In this document: piece after piece, positions 9,221 to 17,965 of the stretch
How the letters are laid out: the number at the start of each line of letters is the position of its first letter
How positions within the stretch are numbered: position 1 is the stretch's first letter
NCBI GenBank assembly: GCA_003159675.1
Contig: PLQC01000040.1
Coordinates: 34,087-84,078 of the forward strand
Reading direction: 5' to 3'
Length of the DNA: 49,992 bases
Source of the DNA: Limisphaerales bacterium
Lineage (GTDB): Bacteria > Verrucomicrobiota > Verrucomicrobiia > Limisphaerales > BOG-1460
Notes under the pieces: generated by a model
Told to the model about the DNA's origin: nothing
The model's input: the letters and a program-made list of their open reading frames with translations, nothing else
The model's database searches: none
Position numbers and translations under genes: made by a program

Positions 9221-9478
9221 CTACAGCAGGGGCACGCCCAACACTTCGAGCAACGCGGCACTGACCAAGGCCGTCAGGGCTTCGTTGATCTTGAGGCCGC
9301 GGCGGGATGCAACGTGCAGGGCTTCGCTCATTAGCAGGGCGATGAGTTGAGGGTCCAGTTCGATCCAAAGCCGCGTCATTTTGGTTTTACCTCCATCCGC
9401 CTGAAGCGCGGCAATGCTCCGCTCAAGGCCGGGGTGATGGATGATGATTCTCCGAGGGGCTCCGTGTTCCGTGTTCAT
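9221..9478 (-). CDS. Hypothetical protein, possibly ribbon-helix-helix-like
   Basis: TRLWIELDPQLIALL...RGLKINEALTALVSAAL; start uncertain. Confidence 0.45.
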   Translation of the reverse strand: MNTEHGAPRRIIIHHPGLERSIAALQADGGKTKMTRLWIELDPQLIALLMSEALHVASRRGLKINEALTALVSAALLEVLGVPLL

Positions 9479-9820
9479 TGTGTGATTCAATCGAAACCCG
9501 CCCCCGGAAGGCGGAAACCTTGTCGCCACCCCGAATCACCGGGGCAGCTATCCAAGAGCGGGCGATTGACTGTCTCCGAACGGCAAAGGCGGGTGATTGG
9601 TCCGCCAGACAGTTGCCGGGCCACCTTTTCCGCGATGGCCACCAGGACACTACCGCGACGGCGCGACAGCCTGCAAGGCCGAAATCCGCTTCCCTTGCCT
9701 CACCATTCAACGCAGGACGGGCTTTGTTTGCCGGCGAGGGTGTTGATATGGTCCCCGCGATCCTGGCGAGTCCTGGCTGAAGGCGTAGCACGCCGGGCCA
9801 AGACCAAAGAAGGAAACGCC

Positions 9821-9840
9821 GGGCACTATACAGGGCACTA
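9821..9840 (+). promoter_or_regulatory. Putative integrase arm-type sites (GGGCACTA x2)
   Basis: gggcacta-taca-gggcacta about 50 bp inside attR. Confidence 0.65.
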
Positions 9841-9889
9841 AAACGGATCATACCACTTCTAACCTTTAGTGACAGGCACTCACCCCACC

Positions 9890-9939
9890 ATGGCATTGTG
9901 GGGGTCAGGGGTTCGAATCCCCTCGGCTCCACCATCCTT
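9890..9939 (+). repeat. attR core (duplicated tRNA-Ala 3' part)
   Basis: Exact copy of 1332-1381. Confidence 0.95.
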
Positions 9940-10140
9940 GCAGCAATCCTCCTGCTCGCAGGGAGCAACCCGAGACACAAAACAAACTTGCTGGCCGCGC
10001 GGTTCGCTCGGGTTGGTTGCAAATAATAGTCCACTGATTGGGATTGCCGCCGAATGAGCGGCCGGCAAGCGGGCCGGCTGGAAACCAAGGGGCTTTCGGA
10101 GAACTGTTGCGCTTTCATCATGGGCCGTTAATTTAGCGCC

Positions 10141-11199
10141 ATGCGTTTCATCGGGAACATCATCGAGAAGCTGCAACGCCATCCGAAGCGGATCGTTTTT
10201 CCGGAAGGGACGGAACCGCGCATTTTGCAGGCGGCGCGGCAGTTTCATTCGCTGGGCCTGGGGGCGCCGATCGTGCTGGGAGACCCGGCCAGGATCAGAA
10301 AGATGGCGGAAGATCTGGGTGTTTCCCTTGAAGGCATCCACATCGTCAACCCGGTCGAAAGCGAGGACCTGGATAATTTCGCGCGCCGGTTCACCATCCT
10401 CCGGCGCTACAAAGGATTGCAGGGCCCGGAAGCGCGCGAGGCGATCCTGCAACCGAATTATTTCGGCGCAATGATGCTGGCGATGCACCAGGCCGACGGC
10501 CTGGTATCGGGGACGAGCCACACCACCGGGAGCGTGCTGCGCCCGTTGTTTCAAATCGTGAGGGTGGCGCCGCAAGCCACCACCGCTTCGAGCTGCATGG
10601 TCATGGAAGTGGAGGATTCCCAGTTCGGCGAACAGGGGGTTCTGTTCATGGCGGACTGCGGCGTGATCCCCGAGCCGAATGTGGATCAGCTTGCCAACAT
10701 CGCGGTATCGACGGCGCTGCTCGCGCGCCAATTGCTCGGAGTCCGTCCGCGCGTAGCCTTGCTCTCCTTCTCCACCAAGGGGAGCGCCATGCATCCGACG
10801 GTCGGCCGCGTCCAGGCCGCCTCGGCCCTCGCCCAGAAAAAGGCGGAGGCGGCGGGATTGGAGGCGGATTTTGACGGCGAGCTCCAGGCGGATGCCGCGC
10901 TGGTGCCGGAAATCGCGGCGCGCAAGCTGCCGGAAAGCAAAGTCGGAGGCCATGCCAACGTCTTGATTTTCCCGGACCTGAATTCGGGCAATATCTCGAG
11001 CAAATTGATACTCCATATCGCCCACGCAAACGCCTACGGCCAGATCCTGCTCGGACTGGATCGTCCGGCCGCCGACGTGTCGCGCGGCTCAAACGCGCAC
11101 GACATTCTCGGTGTGGCGGCGATCGTCGGGGTGCAGGCCATCGAGTACAACAAGCTCTACCCGGGCGCCGGCCAGAAGCTGCCGGGAGAAGAAAAATGA
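10141..11199 (+). CDS. pta: Phosphate acetyltransferase
   Basis: RIVFPEG, ADGLVSG, VALLSFSTKGS, DGELQADAA, IFPDLNSGNI, DVSRG. Confidence 0.92.
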   Translation: MRFIGNIIEKLQRHPKRIVFPEGTEPRILQAARQFHSLGLGAPIVLGDPARIRKMAEDLGVSLEGIHIVNPVESEDLDNFARRFTILRRYKGLQGPEAREAILQPNYFGAMMLAMHQADGLVSGTSHTTGSVLRPLFQIVRVAPQATTASSCMVMEVEDSQFGEQGVLFMADCGVIPEPNVDQLANIAVSTALLARQLLGVRPRVALLSFSTKGSAMHPTVGRVQAASALAQKKAEAAGLEADFDGELQADAALVPEIAARKLPESKVGGHANVLIFPDLNSGNISSKLILHIAHANAYGQILLGLDRPAADVSRGSNAHDILGVAAIVGVQAIEYNKLYPGAGQKLPGEEK

Positions 11200-11200
11200 A

Positions 11201-11285
11201 GAAGGCGGAATGAAGAGTGCGGAATGCAGGCGAACGGAGCCGCCCGGCAGTTTTTTCTGCAATCTTCATTCTGCCTTCCGCCTTC
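11201..11285. repeat. Inverted degenerate heptamer arrays
   Basis: gaaggcg/gaatgaa/gagtgcg/gaatgca, then tgcaatc/ttcattc/tgccttc/cgccttc. Confidence 0.65.
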
Positions 11286-11286
11286 C

Positions 11287-12381
11287 ATGAACACCACCAC
11301 CCCACGCGTCTTCATCGCCGCCACTCGGCAGAACGACGGCAAAACCACGGTGTCGCTCGGGTTGATCGCCGCGTTGCAGCAACATTTCCCGCGCGTGGGC
11401 TACATCAAGCCGGTCGGACAGCGCTTCGTGCAAATCGAGGAGCAAAACATCGATGAAGACACCGTGCTGATGGACAGCGTGTATGATCTGAACTGCCCGC
11501 TGAGGGATATGAGCCCCATCGCGGTCGAACCGGATTTCACGCGCAAATACCTGGAATCTTCCAACAACGATGCGCTCGTAAAAAAGATCAAGAAGGCGTT
11601 CGACCGGGTCGCCTGGGAAAAAGACTTCGTCCTGTGCGAAGGTTCAGGGCATGCCGGCGTCGGCTCCGTCTTCGATCTGTCCAACGCGCAGATCGCCAAA
11701 ATCCTGCGCGCCAAGGTCATCATCGTCTCCCAAGGCGGCATCGGCAAACCGATCGACGAAATCTCCCTGAACCAGGCCTTGTTTGAACGCGAGGGCGTCG
11801 AGATCATCGGCGTCATCCTGAACAAGGTGCTCGGCCAGAAACTGGACCACATCGCGGATTTCGCGCGGCGCGGATTGAAGCGCAAAGGGCTCGAACTGCT
11901 GGGCGTCATCCCCCATCAGCGGATCCTGTCCAGTCCAACCGTGGGATCCATCCGCGAGGAACTCAATGCCGAGCTCCTGAACGAAAACGGGAACATCCGC
12001 GGTTTGGTGGAGGACGTCATCGTGGGCGCGATGGGCGTGCACAACGCGATGCCGTTTTTCCGGCGCGGCGTCCTGCTGATCACACCAGGCGATCGTGAGG
12101 ACATCCTCCTCGCCGCCTGCGCCGACCTGGCGGGGCAGGCCGACGAAAAAATGGCCGGCATCGTCCTGACCGCCAACCTGCGTCCGGGCCCGAGCGTGCT
12201 CAAAATGATCCAGTCGATGCCCATCCCCGTCTTGTTGGCGGCGCAGGACAGTTACGAAGTCGCTTCCAGGGTCCACGATCTGACGGTAAAAACGCGGCCC
12301 AATGACGCGGAAAAAATCTCGCTCATCCGGGATCTCATCGCCAAGAACGTGGACATCGAGGCAATCCTCAAGGCGCTTTAG
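11287..12381 (+). CDS. BioD-like P-loop + DRTGG domain protein (phosphotransacetylase N-terminal family)
   Basis: QNDGKTT, GYIKPVG, LCEGSGH and ITPGDREDI motifs. Confidence 0.88.
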   Translation: MNTTTPRVFIAATRQNDGKTTVSLGLIAALQQHFPRVGYIKPVGQRFVQIEEQNIDEDTVLMDSVYDLNCPLRDMSPIAVEPDFTRKYLESSNNDALVKKIKKAFDRVAWEKDFVLCEGSGHAGVGSVFDLSNAQIAKILRAKVIIVSQGGIGKPIDEISLNQALFEREGVEIIGVILNKVLGQKLDHIADFARRGLKRKGLELLGVIPHQRILSSPTVGSIREELNAELLNENGNIRGLVEDVIVGAMGVHNAMPFFRRGVLLITPGDREDILLAACADLAGQADEKMAGIVLTANLRPGPSVLKMIQSMPIPVLLAAQDSYEVASRVHDLTVKTRPNDAEKISLIRDLIAKNVDIEAILKAL

Positions 12382-12482
12382 CCGCGTGGCGGACGGTCCG
12401 GATGCGAATCCAAACCGCGCCCTATTCTCTTGACACTCCCGGACGGCAGATGTCTTTTGACTGAAAATTCGGAATCAAGAAC

Positions 12483-13580
12483 TTGAACCTGCCACTGAAC
12501 CCATCCCTGTCGAATTTGCCCGTCTATCAACCCGGCCGCCCGATTGAAGAAGTCGCGCGCGAACTCGGGTTGGCCGCCGAGGGCATCATCAAGCTCGCCT
12601 CGAACGAAAACCCGCTCGGCCCGTCGCCCCTCGCGGTGGCGGCCATGCGGCAGGCGCTCCGCCGGACAAACCTCTACCCGGACGGCAATGCCTTCCATCT
12701 GAAGCAAAAGCTTGCCTCCAAACTCGGCGTCACGGCGTCCAATCTGGCTCTCGGCAACGGCTCGAATGAAATCATCGAAATGATCGGCCATGCGCTCCTC
12801 GCGCCGGGCGCCGAGGTTGTCGTGTCGCAATACTGCTTCGCCGTGTATCCCATCGTCACCGCGCTGTTCGGAGCGAAACTCGTCACGGTGCCCGCAAAAA
12901 AATTCGGCCACGACCTCGAAGCGATGCTCGCCGCCCTCACCCCGAACACTCGGGTGGTTTTTGTTGCCAACCCGAACAATCCGACCGGGACCACCGTCGG
13001 ACGGGAAGATCTCGCGCGATTCGTCCAAGCCGTGCCGGACAATGTTTTATTGGCTATGGACGAAGCGTACATCGAGTTCCTGGAGGAGCCGATCGATCTC
13101 CTGCCCGAAATCCGGAACGGCAGCAGGACCAACCTGATCCTGATGCGGACGTTTTCCAAGATTTACGGACTGGCCGGCCTGCGGATCGGCTACGGGATCG
13201 GCCATCCCGATTTTGTCGCGGCGCTTGAGAAGATCCGCCAGCCATTCAACATCAACTCCGTCGCGCAGGCAGGCGCGCTGGCGGCGCTGGACGACACCCG
13301 GCACATCGAGAGGACCCGAAAGACCAACTCGCGCGGGCTCAGACTCTATGCGCGCACCTTCCGGAGGCTTGGACTCGAGTTCATCCCCTCCTCCGCCAAC
13401 TTCATCCTGGTGCGTGTCGGAGACGGCCAGCGCGTGTTTGAGGAGCTGCAGAAGCGGGGCGTGATTGTCCGGCCCATGGGCGGATACCAGTTGCCCGAAT
13501 GGGTCCGCATTTCAGTCGGCACGGCCCGGGAAAACCAGCGCTGCATCGAGGCGCTCACGGCAGTACTGGGTCGCAGTTAG
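12483..13580 (+). CDS. hisC: Histidinol-phosphate aminotransferase
   Basis: KLASNENP, GNGSNE, NPNNPTG, DEAY, RTFSKIYGLAGLRIGY. Confidence 0.95.
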   Translation: MNLPLNPSLSNLPVYQPGRPIEEVARELGLAAEGIIKLASNENPLGPSPLAVAAMRQALRRTNLYPDGNAFHLKQKLASKLGVTASNLALGNGSNEIIEMIGHALLAPGAEVVVSQYCFAVYPIVTALFGAKLVTVPAKKFGHDLEAMLAALTPNTRVVFVANPNNPTGTTVGREDLARFVQAVPDNVLLAMDEAYIEFLEEPIDLLPEIRNGSRTNLILMRTFSKIYGLAGLRIGYGIGHPDFVAALEKIRQPFNINSVAQAGALAALDDTRHIERTRKTNSRGLRLYARTFRRLGLEFIPSSANFILVRVGDGQRVFEELQKRGVIVRPMGGYQLPEWVRISVGTARENQRCIEALTAVLGRS

Positions 13581-13763
13581 ACCTGGCTCGGGGCGGCGAC
13601 GGCTCGTCGCCGGGCAAACGCTGCAATCAATCGCTGGGGACGCGCCGTCCCCACCCCGTCATGAATGGGTCCTTTCAGAGCCACGAGGACTAAAATTATT
13701 GATTTGAATCCCGCCTGAAACCGATTACTTATCTGCACACGAGAAGAGCACCAATCGACTGAC

Positions 13764-15047
13764 GTGAAACTGACTGACCTGCGCGGCATTCTGCAGTACA
13801 TCCCGCAATTCCGGGAGAAGACGTTCATCATCGGCGTGGATGGCGCCATTGTGACGGACGAGAATTTCGCCAACATCCTGCTGGACGTGGCGGTGTTGCG
13901 CTCGCTCAGCATCCGCGTCGTTCTCGTGCACGGCGCGTCGGCGCAGATCAAGGCCCTGGCCGAGGAGCAAAAGGTCAAACCCTCCAATCTGGACGGTGCC
14001 GGGATCACCGACGCGGAGACGCTGCAACTGGCGCTGACCGCGGCCAACCGGCTCACACACGAAATTCTCGAAGGCCTCTCGGCCAACGATCTCCGCGCGG
14101 CCTACTCGAACGCGATCATTGCCCATCCCATGGGCATCATTCAAGGCACCGACCAACTGTTCACCGGCAAGGTCGAACGCGTGGACACGGAGTTGCTCCA
14201 GACCCTGTTGAACCAGGGGATCATTCCCGTGGTGCCGCCGCTTGGCTTTGATGGCGACGGCAAAACGTATCGGGTCAATTCGGACAGCGTGGCGGTGGCG
14301 CTGGGCGACGCGTTGAAGGCCACAAAATTGATTTTCATCACCGCGCAGGATGGTTTGCGTTACAACGACCAGATCATCCGCCAGATGCTCGTCGTGGAAT
14401 TGCAGAAACTCTTGCAGCAAAATGGCGCCAGTTTCGCCCCGGACATGGTTTCCAAGGCGCAGCACGCCGTCAGCGCGTGTCTGGCGGGCGTGCAACGAGT
14501 CCACATCATCAACGGCCGGGTGGATGAAGGGCTGCTCGCGGAAGTGTTCTCCAACGAAGGCATCGGCACGTTGATTTACGCCAACGAATACCAGCAGATC
14601 CGGCCTGCGAAAAAGAAGGACATTCGCGCCATTCAAATGTTGACGAAAAAGGCGGTGGAATCGGACGAACTGGTCAAGCGGACGCGGGCGCATATCGAGA
14701 AAAGCCTGGCGGACTATTACATTTTTGAAATCGACAAGAACCCGGTCGCGTGCGTCGCGCTGCATGCGTATCCCGAGCTGGGCAAGGGCGAACTCGCCTG
14801 CCTTTACGTCAATCCCTCCCACGAAAACCAGGGCATCGGACGCAAGCTGATCCAGTTCATCGAGAACAAGACCCGGGAACTCGGGTTGACCGAGCTGATC
14901 ACGCTATCGACCCAGGCGTTCACCTATTTTCAGTCCAAGGGCGGCTTCGTCGAAGGCATTCCAGACGATTTGCCGCCGGGCCGCCGCGAAAAGTACGAAC
15001 AAAGCGGACGCCACTCGAAGGTGCTGGTGAAAAAACTGAAAGTCTGA
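13764..15047 (+). CDS. argA: Amino-acid N-acetyltransferase (N-acetylglutamate synthase)
   Basis: Amino-acid-kinase domain (LVHGA, RVHII, EVFSNEGIGT) fused to a GNAT domain (ELACLYV...GIG, LSTQ, R.SKV). Confidence 0.93.
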   Translation: MKLTDLRGILQYIPQFREKTFIIGVDGAIVTDENFANILLDVAVLRSLSIRVVLVHGASAQIKALAEEQKVKPSNLDGAGITDAETLQLALTAANRLTHEILEGLSANDLRAAYSNAIIAHPMGIIQGTDQLFTGKVERVDTELLQTLLNQGIIPVVPPLGFDGDGKTYRVNSDSVAVALGDALKATKLIFITAQDGLRYNDQIIRQMLVVELQKLLQQNGASFAPDMVSKAQHAVSACLAGVQRVHIINGRVDEGLLAEVFSNEGIGTLIYANEYQQIRPAKKKDIRAIQMLTKKAVESDELVKRTRAHIEKSLADYYIFEIDKNPVACVALHAYPELGKGELACLYVNPSHENQGIGRKLIQFIENKTRELGLTELITLSTQAFTYFQSKGGFVEGIPDDLPPGRREKYEQSGRHSKVLVKKLKV

Positions 15048-15092
15048 TTGTGCCGAAAGACGCTTCGTTGGGCTCGCCGCCTACCGGACCAA

Positions 15093-15680
15093 ATGAAAAC
15101 GCTCCCCTTCGATTTTTTCCTGGCCTGCAAGCAGCCCGGCGTTTGTCCAACCCGCTTCGTTCTTGTCGTCCGCATCGCAAGTCAGACTGTTTCGCTGTTC
15201 GAGAAGTCCTGTGCGACTTCGCGACTTTGCATTAACCGGCCGGACTCAGCGGCGGTTGCCGGCAAACGCCATACATTTGTGAAACGGTTCCGATGCTCCG
15301 CTTCCCGCTTTGGCATCGGCCAGGCCCAGGGCTCGAATCGCACTCCGCTCGGCCTGCACCGGATCGCTGAAAAAATCGGCGGCGGATGGCCGGTCGGCGC
15401 GGTTTTTAAAAGCCGCCAGGCCGTCGGCTACACGTGGCAGGGTTTGCCGGACGCAACCATCACCAGTCGCATTCTCTGGCTCGAAGGACTTGAACCCGGG
15501 TTCAATCGTGGCGGCAGCGTCGATTCCCGCGCGCGCTATATCTACATTCACGGCACGGGCGACGAGCGCGGATTGGGCCGTCCCGCCTCCTGCGGCTGCA
15601 TCCACCTGGCCGCGGACGATCTGATTCCGCTGTTCGATAGGGTCCCCGTTGGGACGCTGGTCTGGATCGACGCCGGTTGA
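15093..15680 (+). CDS. L,D-transpeptidase (YkuD family)
   Basis: TPLGLH and YIYIHGT...ASCGCIHL motifs. Confidence 0.88.
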   Translation: MKTLPFDFFLACKQPGVCPTRFVLVVRIASQTVSLFEKSCATSRLCINRPDSAAVAGKRHTFVKRFRCSASRFGIGQAQGSNRTPLGLHRIAEKIGGGWPVGAVFKSRQAVGYTWQGLPDATITSRILWLEGLEPGFNRGGSVDSRARYIYIHGTGDERGLGRPASCGCIHLAADDLIPLFDRVPVGTLVWIDAG

Positions 15681-15688
15681 CGCATCTC

Positions 15689-16492
15689 TCAATTCGAATA
15701 CCTGGCGATCAAATTCGTCAGCCCCTTCTCGGTCAGATAGTCCGGCTGTCCTTCGAAGCGAACCGTGTTCTGAGGATCAATCAGTATCACATGCGGGATT
15801 CCCTGTACCCCGAGCATGTTCCACGTCCGGGCCTGGGTGTCCGTGCCCACGGAATAATCCATGTGCGGCGATGTCATCTTGCGAATGTCCTCTTCGATTT
15901 CATTGCTCAGCCCGATGACAACCAGTTGGTCTTTGAATTTTGCCTGCAATTCATTCAGGTGTGAAATGGCTTTGCGGCACGGCTCGGCCCAGGTCGTCCA
16001 AAACTCGACCAGGACAAACTTGCCATCCACCATCGGCGGCGGAGTCAGCCATTGGTCCACGATGATCTGGGGGGGCCGCCGGCCAAGAAAGGACTGCGCA
16101 TACAGTTTTGGCGGGATGACATTTCCATCCTCGTCGATCTGCAGATGCGGGACCGCCGCCGCTGCCGCCTCGGCGACCATGTTGGACCGGAATTGAGCAT
16201 TGGCTTGAAGTTGTTGCTTCTCCACCACCGCGGCCCTGGCGGCATCATACTTGAAATGCCGTTGCAGATCGGGATCCAGGTTCTTCAGTTTGACATTCCC
16301 TATCCCGCGCGCGTGGCTGAAGTAAATGTCGGTCGCCGTGACACTTGTAACGGTCACATTGCTATAGACCTCGCTACCCACCTTCAACACGGGAATAGGC
16401 TCGTCCGCGCGAACGGTCAGCACGACGCTCAATAGTGCGATTGCGGCGACAATCCCCAATCGGGCGCCCTTGTTGGATGTTTGACCCTGCAT
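15689..16492 (-). CDS. Exported TlpA/redoxin-family thioredoxin-fold protein
   Basis: Signal peptide; GKFVLVEFWTTWAEPCRK and GIPHVILIDP motifs. Confidence 0.85.
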   Translation of the reverse strand: MQGQTSNKGARLGIVAAIALLSVVLTVRADEPIPVLKVGSEVYSNVTVTSVTATDIYFSHARGIGNVKLKNLDPDLQRHFKYDAARAAVVEKQQLQANAQFRSNMVAEAAAAAVPHLQIDEDGNVIPPKLYAQSFLGRRPPQIIVDQWLTPPPMVDGKFVLVEFWTTWAEPCRKAISHLNELQAKFKDQLVVIGLSNEIEEDIRKMTSPHMDYSVGTDTQARTWNMLGVQGIPHVILIDPQNTVRFEGQPDYLTEKGLTNLIARYSN

Positions 16493-16655
16493 CGTGGGCG
16501 GAAAGAAGCAGGAGGCACGCCAAAACTGCCGTCATCACGGGTGGGCTCGTGTCCCTGAAAGAGTCGATCCGGGTGCGGATCGCCAGGGTGGGATGAGGTC
16601 TTAAACAGCAACTTCGCACTTTTCAGTTCGGGTTTTTGGCTTACTTTCTCTCCAC

Positions 16656-17942
16656 ATGACTTTGAACGAGCAGATGACGAACCTGGCAAAACAGGCCAGG
16701 ACCGCCTCCCGCCAGATCGCCAAACTGACGACCGCGGAAAAGAACGCTTGTTTGTTGGCCATGGCCGAGGCGGTCGAGAAAAATGCCGCCGCCCTTATCC
16801 AGGCCAATGCGCTGGATATGGAAGCCGGAGCAAAATCAGGGCTCTCGTCCGCGATGCTGGACCGGCTCAAGCTCGACGACAAACGCATTCTGGCAATTGC
16901 CCGGGGTCTGCGCGAAGTGGCCGCCTTGCCGGATCCGGTCGGAAAAATCCTCGACGAACGGGTCCGGCCCAATGGGCTGAAGCTCCAGAAAATCAGCACC
17001 CCCATCGGCGTGATCGTCATCATCTACGAGTCCCGCCCCAACGTCACCGCGGACGCCGCCAGCCTTTGTTTCAAGTCCGGCAACGCCACGATTCTGCGAG
17101 GCGGCAAGGAGGCCATGAACTCGAACCGGACGATCGCGCGGGTGATGATTGAATCCGGGAAACAGGCACTGGCAACATTCCCCGAACACGCCGTGCAGGT
17201 TGTGCCGGTGGCGGACCGCGAAGCCATTCCAATCCTGCTGTCCCTCACGCAATACGTGGACCTGTGCATGCCGAGAGGGGGCGAAGGCCTGATCCGTGCC
17301 GTGGCCGAGTGCTCGAAAGTGCCGGTCATCAAACATTACAAGGGCGTTTGTCACGTCTATGTGGATGCGGATGCCGACCTGGCCATGGCCGGGCAAATCG
17401 CCATGAACGCCAAAGTGCAGCGCCCTGCCGTCTGCAACGCCATGGAAACCCTGCTCGTGGACCAGGCTGTCGCCGCGCAGTTCCTCCCCGGAATCGCCGT
17501 GCAACTGGACGAGAAACGCGTCGAGTTGAGATGCGACGCCCGCGCGCTGGCGCTTCTCGGTCCGCAGAGCGCAAACCGCAAAGCGCGAATCAAGGCCGCC
17601 GCCGAACAGGATTGGTTCACCGAATACAATGATTACATCCTGAACGTGCGCGTAGTGGACGGCGTCGCCCAGGCCATCGATCACATCAATCATTACGGCT
17701 CGGCGCATTCGGACAGCATCGTCACGAAGAACGAGTCGCACGCGAAGCAGTTTCTCCAGGAAGTGGATTCCGCCGCCGTTTATTGGAACGCCTCGACGCG
17801 GTTCACCGACGGCGGAGAATTCGGCATGGGCGCCGAAATCGGCATCAGCACGGACAAAATCGGCGCGCGCGGCCCGATGGGGCTGGAGGAGTTGACGAGT
17901 TACAAGTGGATCGGGATCGGCAACGGACAAGTTCGAACCTGA
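16656..17942 (+). CDS. proA: Gamma-glutamyl phosphate reductase
   Basis: IYESRPNVT, PRGG, CNAME, NASTRFTDGGEFGMGAEIGIST, ARGPMGL. Confidence 0.97.
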   Translation: MTLNEQMTNLAKQARTASRQIAKLTTAEKNACLLAMAEAVEKNAAALIQANALDMEAGAKSGLSSAMLDRLKLDDKRILAIARGLREVAALPDPVGKILDERVRPNGLKLQKISTPIGVIVIIYESRPNVTADAASLCFKSGNATILRGGKEAMNSNRTIARVMIESGKQALATFPEHAVQVVPVADREAIPILLSLTQYVDLCMPRGGEGLIRAVAECSKVPVIKHYKGVCHVYVDADADLAMAGQIAMNAKVQRPAVCNAMETLLVDQAVAAQFLPGIAVQLDEKRVELRCDARALALLGPQSANRKARIKAAAEQDWFTEYNDYILNVRVVDGVAQAIDHINHYGSAHSDSIVTKNESHAKQFLQEVDSAAVYWNASTRFTDGGEFGMGAEIGISTDKIGARGPMGLEELTSYKWIGIGNGQVRT

Positions 17943-17965
17943 TCCGGATCCGCATTGGTAATCTC

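Larger units (their letters stand above)
1332..9939 (+). mobile_element. tRNA-Ala-integrated phage satellite (PICI-like), ~8.6 kb
   Basis: 50-bp direct repeats at both ends; integrase, xis-like HTH, replication protein, TerS-like and capsid genes inside. Confidence 0.88.

Noticed and set aside
1332-9939. Complete prophage or cf-PICI
   Set aside because: No recognisable large terminase, portal, protease, tail or lysis genes between intact att sites.
15975-16000. Selenocysteine in the redoxin motif
   Set aside because: The codon is GCC, not TGA.
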